From the NCBI RefSeq assembly GCF_002854065.1, contig NZ_CP024147.1: 64,000 nucleotides of DNA. One strand, written 5' to 3'. This DNA comes from Escherichia coli (GTDB lineage Bacteria; Pseudomonadota; Gammaproteobacteria; Enterobacterales; Enterobacteriaceae). The first letter of the stretch is position 1, and each line of letters starts with the position of its first letter. Positions 22,096 through 32,586 of this stretch are shown here, piece by piece. The translations under genes and the position numbers were made by a program. Below the pieces are notes generated by a model. The model had not been told where the DNA came from and did not search any database. It worked only from the letters and a program-made list of their open reading frames with translations.

Positions 22096-22409
22096 TCTTT
22101 ATACCTATTTATCATGCCAACTATCAGCATATATCAATCTAACCAATTAAACAAAAATCAAACAAAATCAGACAAATAACGCGATAAATTATTTTAACTG
22201 TAGCAATTGAGCGATGATGTATTTATACACCGGATGAACTTTCGCTTATCCTCACAGTGACAACCCCGGCACCAGACGTTGCGCAAACAGCGAAGTTTTT
22301 GCGTAACCTTTTCCCTGGAACGTTAAATCTTTGATAACAATTTATTGTCTAACAAGTTGTATATTTTTTGAAACGCTGTTTTTGTTTTCCTTTTGGATTA
22401 ATTTCAGCG

Positions 22410-22446
22410 TATAATGCGCGCCAATTGACTCTTGAATGGTTTCAGC
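22410..22446 (+). promoter_or_regulatory. Putative pykF promoter -10 (TATAAT) with downstream Cra-like operator
   Basis: TATAAT at 22410-22415; TGAATGGTTTCAGC at 22433-22446 resembles the Cra half-sites TGAAAC/GTTTCA. Confidence 0.4.
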
Positions 22447-22651
22447 ACTTTGGACTGTAGAACTCAACGACTCAAAAACAGGCACTCACGTTGGGCTGAG
22501 ACACAAGCACACATTCCTCTGCACGCTTTTTCGATGTCACCTATCCTTAGAGCGAGGCACCACCACTTTCGTAATACCGGATTCGCTTTCCGGCAGTGCG
22601 CCCAGAAAGCAAGTTTCTCCCATCCTTCTCAACTTAAAGACTAAGACTGTC

Positions 22652-24064
22652 ATGAAAAAGACCAAAATTGTTTGCACCATCGGACCGAAAACCGAATCTG
22701 AAGAGATGTTAGCTAAAATGCTGGACGCTGGCATGAACGTTATGCGTCTGAACTTCTCTCATGGTGACTATGCAGAACACGGTCAGCGCATTCAGAATCT
22801 GCGCAACGTGATGAGCAAAACTGGTAAAACCGCCGCTATCCTGCTTGATACCAAAGGTCCGGAAATCCGCACCATGAAACTGGAAGGCGGTAACGACGTT
22901 TCTCTGAAAGCTGGTCAGACCTTTACTTTCACCACTGATAAATCTGTTATCGGCAACAGCGAAATGGTTGCGGTAACGTATGAAGGTTTCACTACTGACC
23001 TGTCTGTTGGCAACACCGTACTGGTTGACGATGGTCTGATCGGTATGGAAGTTACTGCCATTGAAGGTAACAAAGTTATCTGTAAAGTGCTGAACAACGG
23101 CGACCTGGGTGAAAACAAAGGTGTGAACCTGCCTGGCGTTTCCATTGCCCTGCCAGCACTGGCTGAAAAAGACAAACAGGACCTGATCTTTGGTTGCGAA
23201 CAAGGCGTAGACTTTGTTGCTGCTTCCTTTATTCGTAAGCGTTCTGACGTTATCGAAATCCGTGAGCACCTGAAAGCGCACGGCGGCGAAAACATCCACA
23301 TCATCTCCAAAATCGAAAACCAGGAAGGCCTCAACAACTTCGACGAAATCCTCGAAGCCTCTGACGGCATCATGGTTGCGCGTGGCGACCTGGGTGTAGA
23401 AATCCCGGTAGAAGAAGTTATCTTCGCCCAGAAGATGATGATCGAAAAATGTATCCGTGCACGTAAAGTCGTTATCACTGCGACCCAGATGCTGGATTCC
23501 ATGATCAAAAACCCACGCCCGACTCGCGCAGAAGCCGGTGACGTTGCAAACGCCATCCTCGACGGTACTGACGCAGTGATGCTGTCTGGTGAATCCGCAA
23601 AAGGTAAATACCCGCTGGAAGCGGTTTCTATCATGGCGACCATCTGCGAACGTACCGACCGCGTGATGAACAGCCGTCTCGAGTTCAACAATGACAACCG
23701 TAAACTACGCATTACCGAAGCGGTATGCCGTGGTGCCGTTGAAACTGCTGAAAAACTGGATGCTCCGCTGATCGTGGTTGCTACCCAGGGCGGTAAATCT
23801 GCTCGCGCAGTACGTAAATACTTCCCGGATGCCACCATCCTGGCACTGACCACTAACGAAAAAACGGCTCATCAGTTGGTACTGAGCAAAGGCGTTGTGC
23901 CGCAGCTGGTTAAAGAGATCACTTCTACTGATGATTTCTACCGTCTGGGTAAAGAACTGGCTCTGCAGAGCGGTCTGGCACACAAAGGTGACGTTGTAGT
24001 TATGGTTTCTGGTGCACTGGTACCGAGCGGCACTACTAACACCGCATCTGTTCACGTCCTGTAA
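22652..24064 (+). CDS. pykF: Pyruvate kinase I
   Basis: 470 aa from [44 protein letters not shown]...; the ORF-track start at 22436 is an in-frame upstream extension with no stop. Confidence 0.97.
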
Positions 24065-24094
24065 TATTGCTTTTGTGAATTAATTTGTATATCG

Positions 24095-24120
24095 AAGCGC
24101 CCTGATGGGCGCTTTTTTTA
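24095..24120 (+). terminator. Intrinsic terminator of pykF
   Basis: Stem AAGCGCCC / GGGCGCTT with TGAT loop, followed by T7. Confidence 0.75.
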
Positions 24121-24300
24121 TTTAATCGATAACCAGAAGCAATAAAAAATCAAATCGGATTTCACTATATAATCTCACTTTATCTAAGATGAATCCGATG
24201 GAAGCATCCTGTTTTCTCTCAATTTTTTTATCTAAAACCCAGCGTTCGATGCTTCTTTGAGCGAACGATCAAAAATAAGTGCCTTCCCATCAAAAAAATA

Positions 24301-24330
24301 TTCTCAACATAAAAAACTTTGTGTAATACT
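24301..24330 (+). promoter_or_regulatory. Putative lpp promoter
   Basis: TTCTCA ... GTAATACT with 17-18 bp spacing, about 45 bp upstream of the lpp start; A-rich tract between. Confidence 0.4.
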
Positions 24331-24362
24331 TGTAACGCTACATGGAGATTAACTCAATCTAG

Positions 24363-24611
<249 letters not shown>

Positions 24612-24627
24612 TAGTACCTGTGAAGTG

Positions 24628-24658
24628 AAAAATGGCGCACATTGTGCGCCATTTTTTT
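24628..24658 (+). terminator. Intrinsic terminator of lpp
   Basis: Stem GGCGCAC / GTGCGCC followed by T7. Confidence 0.8.
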
Positions 24659-24673
24659 GTCTGCTATTTACCA

Positions 24674-25678
24674 CTACTGCGTCGCGCGTAACATATTCCC
24701 TTGCTCTGGTTCGCCATTCTGCGCTGACTCTACTGAAGGCGCATTGCTGGCTGTGGGAGTTGCTCCACTGCTCACCGCAACCGGATACCCTGCCCGACGA
24801 TACAACGCTTTATCGACTAACTTCTGATCTACAGCCTTATTGTCTTTAAATTGCGTAAAGCCTGCTGGCAGTGTGTATGGCATTGTCTGAACGTTCTGCT
24901 GTTCTTCTGCCGATAGTGGTCGATGTACTTCAACATAACGCATCCCGTTAGGCTCCACGGAATATTTCACCGGTTCGTTGATCACTTTCACCGGCGTTCC
25001 CGTCCGCACGCTGGAGAACAAGGCTTTAATATCCGGTGCATTCATGCGAATACACCCTGAACTAACGCGCAAACCGACGCTGTCCGGCGCACTGGTGCCA
25101 TGAATGAGGTATTCGCCATTACCATGCGCGAGGCGCAGTGCGTAACGTCCTAGTGGATTATTTGGCCCGGCAGGGACGACTGGCGGTAATTTAATGCCAC
25201 GCTCCAGCGAACGCTGACGAATGCCTGCCGTAGGCGTCCAGGTTGGGTTAGGGATTTTCTGCCCAACACGCGTTTCCATCACCGGCGTTTCCAGCCCCTG
25301 CAAACCAATACCAATCGGATAAACCTGCACGATATTTTCTCCCGGCGGATAATAATAAAGGCGCAGCTCTGCAAGGTTAACGATAATCCCCTGACGCGGC
25401 GCATCAGGTAATAACAGTTGCGAAGGAATAGTTATCGTCGTACCGGGTTTTGGCACCGGGGCGATAGTGTTATTGGCTTCAAGGATCAACATTGCCGCAG
25501 TATCAAAACGTCGGGCGATGGCCTGAAGGTTTTTATCCCCTTCCTGCACCGTATACGTTTGATTTTGCCCAACCAGTCGGCTTCCGGTTGGTGGTAGCGG
25601 ATAATCAACTGCCCAGGCAGCCTGGATGGCGCTAAAAGCGCCGATAAGCGTGAGTGTAAGCAAAGACGCGCGTTTCAT
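24674..25678 (-). CDS. ldtE: L,D-transpeptidase (YkuD domain, N-terminal signal peptide)
   Basis: 334-aa ORF with signal peptide and YkuD catalytic motif [20 protein letters not shown]. Confidence 0.85.
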   Translation of the reverse strand: MKRASLLTLTLIGAFSAIQAAWAVDYPLPPTGSRLVGQNQTYTVQEGDKNLQAIARRFDTAAMLILEANNTIAPVPKPGTTITIPSQLLLPDAPRQGIIVNLAELRLYYYPPGENIVQVYPIGIGLQGLETPVMETRVGQKIPNPTWTPTAGIRQRSLERGIKLPPVVPAGPNNPLGRYALRLAHGNGEYLIHGTSAPDSVGLRVSSGCIRMNAPDIKALFSSVRTGTPVKVINEPVKYSVEPNGMRYVEVHRPLSAEEQQNVQTMPYTLPAGFTQFKDNKAVDQKLVDKALYRRAGYPVAVSSGATPTASNAPSVESAQNGEPEQGNMLRATQ

Positions 25679-25826
25679 TGTAAACCTCCTGTATTTGCCG
25701 GAGACTCACGCTGAAACGTCGGATGGCGCTTATGTTCACCTGAAACCGAAACACTCCTGTGCAGGTCAGTGTAAACATTGACCATCCGGCAATGTGAGCC
25801 AACCGGATGAAAGCTGTCCCTTTAGT

Positions 25827-26243
25827 TTAGCTAAGTGCAGCGGCTTTGGCGCGAATTGCGCGAATCATCGCTTCCAGACCTTGTGAACGAGATGGGGTGA
25901 GATGTTGGGTGAGCGCCATTTTTTCAAACCACGGACGCACATCGAAATTGACAATATCCTGCGGCATCATCTGATCGTAGAGAATAAAGACGACCGCAAT
26001 AAGCCCTTTCACAATCGCCGCATCGCTGTCGCCCTGCAATTCAATAATTCCCTGCGCATTCTGGCGCATGACAATCCACACCTGACTCTGGCAGCCCTGA
26101 ATGCTATTTTGTGGGCTTCTGTCTTCGTCGCGTAATTCTGGCAGACGCTGGCCCAGCTCAATAATGTAGAGATATTTCTCTTCCCAGTTGGCGCAGCGTA
26201 AAAAATTACGCAGCAATTTTTCTTTATCCGGCAATACAGCCAT
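25827..26243 (-). CDS. sufE: Cysteine desulfuration protein SufE
   Basis: 138-aa ORF, last gene of the co-directional suf cluster. Confidence 0.9.
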   Translation of the reverse strand: MAVLPDKEKLLRNFLRCANWEEKYLYIIELGQRLPELRDEDRSPQNSIQGCQSQVWIVMRQNAQGIIELQGDSDAAIVKGLIAVVFILYDQMMPQDIVNFDVRPWFEKMALTQHLTPSRSQGLEAMIRAIRAKAAALS

Positions 26244-26255
26244 AGTGCCTCCCTG

Positions 26256-27476
26256 TTATCCCAGCAGACGGTGAATACGTTGTAATCCGGTCACCAGACG
26301 ATCCACTTCTTCATGGGTGTTATACATGGCCAGCGACGCCCGACACATCGCAGGGACGTTGTAATAGGCCATTAATGGCATAGCGCAGTGATGTCCGGTA
26401 CGCACAGCAATGCCGTAATTATCGAGAAAACTGCCAACATCATAGGCGTGGTGTTTACCGAGATTAAAAGCAATAACGCCAAGCCTGTTTTGTGGGCCAT
26501 AGAGAGTGAGATCCGGTACAGATTCCAGCTGTGATAGCGCGTAATGCATCAGATTCTGTTCATACTCGGCTATGTTATTAAGCCCCAGCGCCGAAACATA
26601 CTCCAGCGCCGCGCCAAGACCAATGATGCCCCCGGTATTGGGTGTACCGGCTTCAAACCGCCATGGTGCTTTGGTCCAGGTAGTGCCTTCACTCAGGCTG
26701 ACGGTGGCGATCATAGAACCGCCCCCTTCCCACGGCGGCATCTCCTGCAACAAGGCTTCTTTCACATAAAGAATGCCAATTCCGGTGGGGCCATACAGTT
26801 TATGCCCGGAGAACACGTAAAAGTCGCAATCCAGCGCCTGAACATCCACCGGATGATGCATCACCGCCTGAGCGCCATCCACCAGCACTTTTGCGCCATG
26901 CTGGTGCGCAAGCGTGATCATTTCCGCCAGTGGATTTTCTGTGCCAAGCACGTTGGAGACATGAGTAATTGCCAGCAGGCGAGTTTTCTCATCAAACAGC
27001 GTAGGCAGCGTCTCCAGTTGCAACGTACCGTCGGGATTGAGCGGGATCACACGCAGCTCTGCGCCAACGCGTGCGCAAAGCATCTGCCAGGGAACAATGT
27101 TAGCGTGGTGCTCCATCTGACTTATGATGATGTTATCGCCCGCCCGCACGTTGCTGTTGCCCCAGCTATTGGCGACCAGATTGATCCCTTCCGTCGTGCC
27201 GCGGACGAACACCAGCTCTTCTGCCGAACGGGCATTAATCAACAGCGATGCCCGCTTGCGCACGTTCTCCATTTTCTCGGTCGCCTGGGCGCTTAAGGTA
27301 TGAATACCACGATGCACCGCCGCGTAGCCATGACGATAAAACTCGGCCTCGGCGTCAATCACCTGGCTCGGTTTCTGCGCACTGGCGGCGCTGTCGAGAT
27401 AAGCCAGCGGCAAACCGTTTACCTCACGCGAAAGCACCGGAAAGTCGGCCCGCACTTTGTCGACGGAAAAAGTCAT
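26256..27476 (-). CDS. sufS: Cysteine desulfurase SufS (PLP-dependent)
   Basis: 406-aa ORF with class-V aminotransferase features ([13 protein letters not shown], active-site Cys in RTGHHCA). Confidence 0.93.
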   Translation of the reverse strand: MTFSVDKVRADFPVLSREVNGLPLAYLDSAASAQKPSQVIDAEAEFYRHGYAAVHRGIHTLSAQATEKMENVRKRASLLINARSAEELVFVRGTTEGINLVANSWGNSNVRAGDNIIISQMEHHANIVPWQMLCARVGAELRVIPLNPDGTLQLETLPTLFDEKTRLLAITHVSNVLGTENPLAEMITLAHQHGAKVLVDGAQAVMHHPVDVQALDCDFYVFSGHKLYGPTGIGILYVKEALLQEMPPWEGGGSMIATVSLSEGTTWTKAPWRFEAGTPNTGGIIGLGAALEYVSALGLNNIAEYEQNLMHYALSQLESVPDLTLYGPQNRLGVIAFNLGKHHAYDVGSFLDNYGIAVRTGHHCAMPLMAYYNVPAMCRASLAMYNTHEEVDRLVTGLQRIHRLLG

Positions 27477-28744
27477 CTTGCACCTCCTGGCAGCCGTTGA
27501 CCGATTCGGGCCAGCACCTGCTGTTTAAGCCCCTCATCACGCAGTGCTTCCGTCAGTTCGGCAGCAAAGGCGTAAATGATCATCTGCTGGGCATCCTGCT
27601 GATTGATCCCGCGCGAGCGCAGATAGAACATCTGTTCATCATCAATACGCCCCACCGTCGCGCCGTGGCTGCATTTCACATCATCTGCATAGATTTCCAG
27701 CTGCGGTTTCGTATCCACTTCCGCCAGTTTGCCCATCAGCAGATTATTGTTGGTCATCTGACCATCCGTTTTGATGGCGTGCTGCGCGACGTTGATCAAA
27801 CCGTTAAATACCGCGCGGCCTTTGTCGCTGACGATAGTTTTGTGCAACTGTCGGCTGTTACAAAAACCTTTATTGTGTTCCAGCCAGGTACGGGTATCAC
27901 ACACCTCGTTTTTCACCGGCATCGCCAGGCTATTGATCCGCAACATGCTGTTTTCGCCATTGAGTTGCGTACTGGTGTTGTGTCGTAACACTGCGCCACC
28001 CAGCAGGAAACTGTGGCTAAATGCGGTGGCATCGTCAGCCAGCAACAAATCGTTATGGGCAAAGTGGTGACTGAGCGGGTTTTCAAACGCCAGCTTGATA
28101 TGCTGCAAGTGGGCATTCGCTGCGACGTTGATAGTGAACCGTGCCCCGGTAAAATGACGAGCATCATTAAGGCTGACAAAATGTTCGATCACCGTTGCTT
28201 CGGCACCTTCCGCCAGATCCAGATGATGTCGGTAATGGGCAGTGTTCACCTCTTCACCTGCCACGCCCTGGGTGATATGCATTAACAGCAATGGCTTTGC
28301 CGGCCGTTGACCGCGCTTCACGGCGATATGCGTCACGCTTTGTGCCAGGCTTTCCGTCAAATGCAGAAACACTTCCGCCTGAATAGCGTCGGGTAACCCC
28401 TGACGGTCGTCGTTAATGCTCACTTCATATCCGCTGCCTTCAGTTGCATCGCTCAGCGCAGGCACGTAACGTCCATCGACAAACACCAGCCGCACGGCGT
28501 CTAACGTTAACGCTAAGGCATCACGCTGCTGTGGGGATATCTCCCCCGCAATGCTGACAAACTGGCTATTGGTCAGCCCTTCCAGCGGCGTATATTTCCA
28601 GTTTTCATGTTTACGTGTCGGCAGTCCGGTACGCAGCAATTGTTGTAAATGCTGTTGTGCTTGCGGGGAACGTTTCACCCCTTCAGCTTCAAACAAATGA
28701 TGCCACTGTTGCAGTGCGTTACTGCTGTTCGGTAAGCCAGCCAT
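27473..28744 (-). CDS. sufD: Fe-S cluster assembly protein SufD
   Basis: 423-aa ORF; 4-nt overlap with sufS and 26-nt overlap with sufC. Confidence 0.9.
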   Translation of the reverse strand: MAGLPNSSNALQQWHHLFEAEGVKRSPQAQQHLQQLLRTGLPTRKHENWKYTPLEGLTNSQFVSIAGEISPQQRDALALTLDAVRLVFVDGRYVPALSDATEGSGYEVSINDDRQGLPDAIQAEVFLHLTESLAQSVTHIAVKRGQRPAKPLLLMHITQGVAGEEVNTAHYRHHLDLAEGAEATVIEHFVSLNDARHFTGARFTINVAANAHLQHIKLAFENPLSHHFAHNDLLLADDATAFSHSFLLGGAVLRHNTSTQLNGENSMLRINSLAMPVKNEVCDTRTWLEHNKGFCNSRQLHKTIVSDKGRAVFNGLINVAQHAIKTDGQMTNNNLLMGKLAEVDTKPQLEIYADDVKCSHGATVGRIDDEQMFYLRSRGINQQDAQQMIIYAFAAELTEALRDEGLKQQVLARIGQRLPGGAR

Positions 28745-29465
28745 AACCCTGCTCCTCCAGTTGTTTGACCAACGTGAAATCGCCGGATTTCACAATTCGT
28801 CCCTGATATAGCACATGGACGTAATCAGGCTTGATGTAGTCGAGAATGCGTTGGTAGTGCGTAACAATGATGAATGAGCGCTTGCCGTCACGCAGCGAGT
28901 TCACGCCATCGGCAACCACTTTTAATGCGTCAATATCCAGCCCGGAGTCCGATTCATCAAGAATGCATAACCCCGGTTCCAGCACCGCCATTTGCAGAAT
29001 ATCGTTGCGCTTTTTCTCGCCGCCGGAAAAGCCAACGTTTACCGAACGGGTTAATAAATCTTCCGGCATCTTCAGGAGAGCGATTTTCTCTTCCATCAAA
29101 TCCTGAAAATCAAAGCGGTCGAGCGTTTCCTGGCCGCGATAGCTGCGCACCGCATTAAGTGCCGTTTGCAGGAAAAACTGGTTACTGACACCTGGAATCT
29201 CCACCGGATACTGGAAGGCCATAAAGATGCCTTCGCCTGCACGATCTTCCGGCGACAGTGCAAGCAAATCTTTGCCTTTGAACTCAACCGTGCCGCCCGT
29301 CACTTCATAATCTTCTCGCCCGGCAAGCGTTGCCGATAAGGTACTTTTGCCCGAACCGTTTGGCCCCATAATGGCGTGAACTTCGCCGGGACGAACGTCG
29401 AGGCTTAATCCACGCAGGATAGTTTTATCTTCCACGCTGACGTGTAAATCTTTAATACTTAACAT
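28719..29465 (-). CDS. sufC: Fe-S cluster assembly ATPase SufC
   Basis: 248-aa ORF with Walker A GPNGSGKST and ABC signature. Confidence 0.95.
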   Translation of the reverse strand: MLSIKDLHVSVEDKTILRGLSLDVRPGEVHAIMGPNGSGKSTLSATLAGREDYEVTGGTVEFKGKDLLALSPEDRAGEGIFMAFQYPVEIPGVSNQFFLQTALNAVRSYRGQETLDRFDFQDLMEEKIALLKMPEDLLTRSVNVGFSGGEKKRNDILQMAVLEPGLCILDESDSGLDIDALKVVADGVNSLRDGKRSFIIVTHYQRILDYIKPDYVHVLYQGRIVKSGDFTLVKQLEEQGYGWLTEQQ

Positions 29466-29474
29466 GTTTATTCC

Positions 29475-30962
29475 TTATCCGACGCTGTGTTCAAGACTGA
29501 TGGCGAGGAGTTTTTGTGCTTCAACGGCAAATTCCAGCGGCAGTTCTGAGAACACGTCTTTGCAGAAACCGTTAACAATCATCGAGATGGCGTCTTCTTC
29601 GCTGATCCCGCGTTGCAGGCAGTAAAACAGTTGATCTTCACCAATACGTGATGTCGTTGCCTCGTGCTCCAGTTGTGCGCTGTTATTGCGACATTCGACA
29701 TACGGGAAGGTATGCGCCCCACAATTAGCGCCAATCAGCATTGAGTCGCACTGAGTGAAATTGCGCGCATTGGTTGCCGTCGGCATGATTTTCACTAAGC
29801 CGCGATAACTGTTCTGACTATGTCCGGCAGAGATCCCTTTCGAGATAATGGTCGATTTGGTGTTTTTACCGATGTGGATCATCTTGGTGCCGGTATCAGC
29901 TTGCTGATGACCGCTGGTCAGCGCCACTGAGTAAAACTCACCAATGGAGTTATCGCCGCGCAAAATGCAGCTGGGATATTTCCACGTAATCGCTGACCCG
30001 GTTTCTGATTGCGTCCATGACATTTTGCTGTTTTTGCCTTCGCACAAAGCACGCTTGGTGACGAAGTTGAGAATACCGCCGGTGTTGTTATCGCCAGGGA
30101 ACCAGTTTTGTACCGTGGAATATTTCACCTCGGCGTTTTTATGGATGATGACTTCCACCACTGCCGCGTGCAACTGATAGCTGTCACGCACCGGAGCGGA
30201 ACAGCCTTCAATGTAGCTGACGTAGCTGTCTTCGTCGGCCACCAGAATGGTGCGCTCAAACTGCCCGGTTTTTTCCGCGTTAATGCGAAAATAGGTGGAA
30301 AGTTCCATCGGGCAGCGCACGCCTTTAGGCACATAAATAAACGTACCGTCAGAGGCTACCGCCGCATTAAGCGCGGCAAAGAAGTTGTCATTCCCCGGCA
30401 CCACGGTGCCGAGATATTTACGCACCAGTTCCGGGTGATCGTGGATCGCCTCACCAAAGGAACAGAAAATAATTCCCTGCTCCGCCAGTTTTTCGCGATA
30501 AGTAGTGGCAACCGAAACTGAGTCGAAAATGGCATCCACCGCCACCTCTTTGCCTTCCCGCACGGGAACGCCCAACTGCTCAAACGCCGCCTCCACCTCT
30601 TTACTTAAAAAGGCGTTCGCGCCAGTTTGCTGCACCGCGCCAGGTTCAGACGCGCAAGTGTCGTCACAATTACCGCACGATGGTGCTGAGTAGTAGCTGT
30701 AATCCTGATAATTCAGCTTGTCGTAGTGCGCTTTCAACCAGTGCGGTTCTTCCATCTCCAGCCATGCGCGATAGGCGTTTAGACGAAACTCCAGCATCCA
30801 CTCCGGCTCATTACGCTTCGCCGAAATTGCGCGCACCACCTCTTCGTTTATCCCCTTTGCCAGCTCATCGGTGGCTAACTGGGTGAAGAATCCTTCTTTA
30901 TAATTCAGCGGGCCGCCGGTCCAGGTTTTGACATCATCAGTTGCTTCAGTATTACGAGACAT
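29475..30962 (-). CDS. sufB: Fe-S cluster scaffold SufB
   Basis: 495 aa from [24 protein letters not shown]...; the ORF-track start at 31001 adds 13 residues that overlap the sufA 3' end. Confidence 0.93.
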   Translation of the reverse strand: MSRNTEATDDVKTWTGGPLNYKEGFFTQLATDELAKGINEEVVRAISAKRNEPEWMLEFRLNAYRAWLEMEEPHWLKAHYDKLNYQDYSYYSAPSCGNCDDTCASEPGAVQQTGANAFLSKEVEAAFEQLGVPVREGKEVAVDAIFDSVSVATTYREKLAEQGIIFCSFGEAIHDHPELVRKYLGTVVPGNDNFFAALNAAVASDGTFIYVPKGVRCPMELSTYFRINAEKTGQFERTILVADEDSYVSYIEGCSAPVRDSYQLHAAVVEVIIHKNAEVKYSTVQNWFPGDNNTGGILNFVTKRALCEGKNSKMSWTQSETGSAITWKYPSCILRGDNSIGEFYSVALTSGHQQADTGTKMIHIGKNTKSTIISKGISAGHSQNSYRGLVKIMPTATNARNFTQCDSMLIGANCGAHTFPYVECRNNSAQLEHEATTSRIGEDQLFYCLQRGISEEDAISMIVNGFCKDVFSELPLEFAVEAQKLLAISLEHSVG

Positions 30963-30970
30963 AGTACCGC

Positions 30971-31339
30971 CTATACCCCAAAGCTTTCGCCACAGCCACA
31001 TTCATTCTGGGCTTTAGGGTTGTGAAATTTGAATATCTGATTAAGTCCTTCACGAACGAAATCGACTTCCGTGCCATCAATAAACGGCATCGCTTGCAGC
31101 GGGACAAACAGCTTCGCGCCGTCGTGTTCAAACAGCAGATCGTCTTTGTCCGGCTCGCTAACACTGTCGAGCACATAGCCAAAGCCCGCGCAGCCCGTTT
31201 GCTTCACACCTAAGCGCACGCCGACCATACCTGGCTGCTTTGCCACCAGCTCGCGGATGTGGACAGCGGCTGCGGGTGTCAGCGTTAAGCCTTGCCAGGC
31301 GAAATCCTGTGGATTAAAGGTTCCTGAATGCATGTCCAT
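30971..31339 (-). CDS. sufA: Fe-S cluster A-type carrier SufA
   Basis: 122-aa ORF with C-terminal CGCGESF motif; first gene of the sufABCDSE operon. Confidence 0.93.
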   Translation of the reverse strand: MDMHSGTFNPQDFAWQGLTLTPAAAVHIRELVAKQPGMVGVRLGVKQTGCAGFGYVLDSVSEPDKDDLLFEHDGAKLFVPLQAMPFIDGTEVDFVREGLNQIFKFHNPKAQNECGCGESFGV

Positions 31340-31383
31340 CGATTTACCTCACTTCATCGCTTTCAGCGTATAACAGCATGTTA

Positions 31384-31402
31384 GTGATAATGATTATCAG
31401 TT
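31384..31402. promoter_or_regulatory. Fur box in the suf promoter
   Basis: GTGATAATGATTATCAGTT matches the Fur consensus GATAATGATAATCATTATC; about 45-60 bp upstream of the sufA start. Confidence 0.65.
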
Positions 31403-31516
31403 CAACCCAGCAAACGCAGGGGCTTTACCGTAAAACATGCTTTTTGCCTGCTTTTAATAAGCATAGACCCTGATGTGTGGGTTAACAGGCACGCTAAGAA
31501 TTAGGTATCTCATTGT

Positions 31517-31536
31517 TAGATAATGATTATTATCTA
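31517..31536. promoter_or_regulatory. Second Fur-box-like inverted repeat in the distal suf control region
   Basis: TAGATAATGATTATTATCTA: 7-bp arms TAGATAA / TTATCTA around GATAAT-like hexamers, about 180-200 bp upstream of sufA. Confidence 0.35.
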
Positions 31537-31621
31537 AGGAGCATTAAGGCTGTGATGAAAAAGAAAAAGTTGTATTGAAAATGACTATTTAAGAGATAGG
31601 TAAAAAAGTGCAGCGTTCAGA

Positions 31622-31690
31622 AATAAGAAAACCCTTAAGTCTGTGCGACACAGGCTTAAGGGTTTCTACCCCATCCGGCGCTTATCTCCG
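31622..31690 (-). ncRNA. rydB: Probable small RNA RydB
   Basis: Minus-strand 17-bp hairpin (31629-31665, one A-C mismatch) followed by UUUUCUUAUUU, at the sufA-ydiH position where RydB is annotated in K-12; the 5' end is estimated. Confidence 0.4.
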
Positions 31691-31887
31691 GCACTCTCAG
31701 TGGCTTAGCTCTTGAAGGGGCGATAAGAATAATCTCATAAAGCTAACCCGCCGTTTTAACACAAACTGCGATTAGTATTATTTTTGAACAATATCAGGCG
31801 GGTAGATAAGCAGTATTAAGAAGGTCATCGAACCTGGACGGAGGTTAATCCAGGTCGATTTGGCGAACTTGCGGCATTAAGTCAGGA

Positions 31888-32076
31888 TCAATGCACGCCC
31901 AGACGCCAGGCAAAGTAGATTTCTTCTTTTAATTCAGCAGAAGAGAGAGTAAGCAGGTCAGCAAATTCAAGTTCTAGTTGTTTCAGACGTTTAAGATATT
32001 GGGCAGGTGAAAGATTGCTCTGGTCACGGCGTAAAAATTCAATGGCCAGCTGGGTGGGATCAAGTTGAGTAGACAT
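31888..32076 (-). CDS. ydiH: Small protein of unknown function
   Basis: 62 aa from MSTQLDPTQLAIEFLRRDQSNLSPAQYLKRL... with AGGA RBS; the ORF-track extension to 32157 lacks an RBS. Confidence 0.7.
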   Translation of the reverse strand: MSTQLDPTQLAIEFLRRDQSNLSPAQYLKRLKQLELEFADLLTLSSAELKEEIYFAWRLGVH

Positions 32077-32175
32077 AGCATCCTCGCTTTTAGACAAGAC
32101 CTGCACAGTATACCACCGTTTACTGTGCAGATAATGACCAAAAGCAATATGCGTCACACTTTTCTGGTGACAACG

Positions 32176-32586
32176 TCACAAAATGGCGGTCGTCAATCGT
32201 GACGAACAGCACAAACGCCCTTTCTCATCGAAGATTTCAATCTGCCAGACCTGGTGACGCGAACCGAGATGCAACGGTTTGCATACGCCGCGCACCCGCC
32301 CTTCTCGTGCCGAGCGGACATGGTTAGCATTGATTTCCAGACCAACCACTTTTTGCTCACCTTCGGTACATAAATAACCGGCAACGGAACCGATACTTTC
32401 GGCCAGTACCACGGATGCACCTCCATGTAGCAACCCGAAAAGCTGCTTTGTCCGCGAGTCTACTGGCATTGTCGCTTCAAGGGTGTCATCACCAATATGT
32501 TCAAAGCGAATATCCAGTAACCCCACCATGTTTCCTTCACCCATGGCATTCAGTGCTTCCAGGGTGATTTTTCGTTTCCATATCAT
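32176..32586 (-). CDS. menI: Hotdog-fold 1,4-dihydroxy-2-naphthoyl-CoA thioesterase
   Basis: 136-aa ORF with PaaI/YdiI-type motif HGGASVVLAESIGS. Confidence 0.85.
   Translation of the reverse strand: MIWKRKITLEALNAMGEGNMVGLLDIRFEHIGDDTLEATMPVDSRTKQLFGLLHGGASVVLAESIGSVAGYLCTEGEQKVVGLEINANHVRSAREGRVRGVCKPLHLGSRHQVWQIEIFDEKGRLCCSSRLTTAIL

Noticed and set aside
22915-23853. 312-aa ORF antisense to pykF; similar long antisense ORFs at 4147-4986 (purR), 26544-27296 and 27248-27988 (sufS/sufD), 44543-45076 (ydiO), 48589-49224 (ydiS), 53233-53787 and 54268-54828 (ppsA), 15125-15871 (ydhT).
   Set aside because: Each lies opposite a well-recognised conserved gene, has no convincing RBS, and has biased, often Arg/Ser-rich composition typical of antisense frames in GC-rich codon-biased genes.
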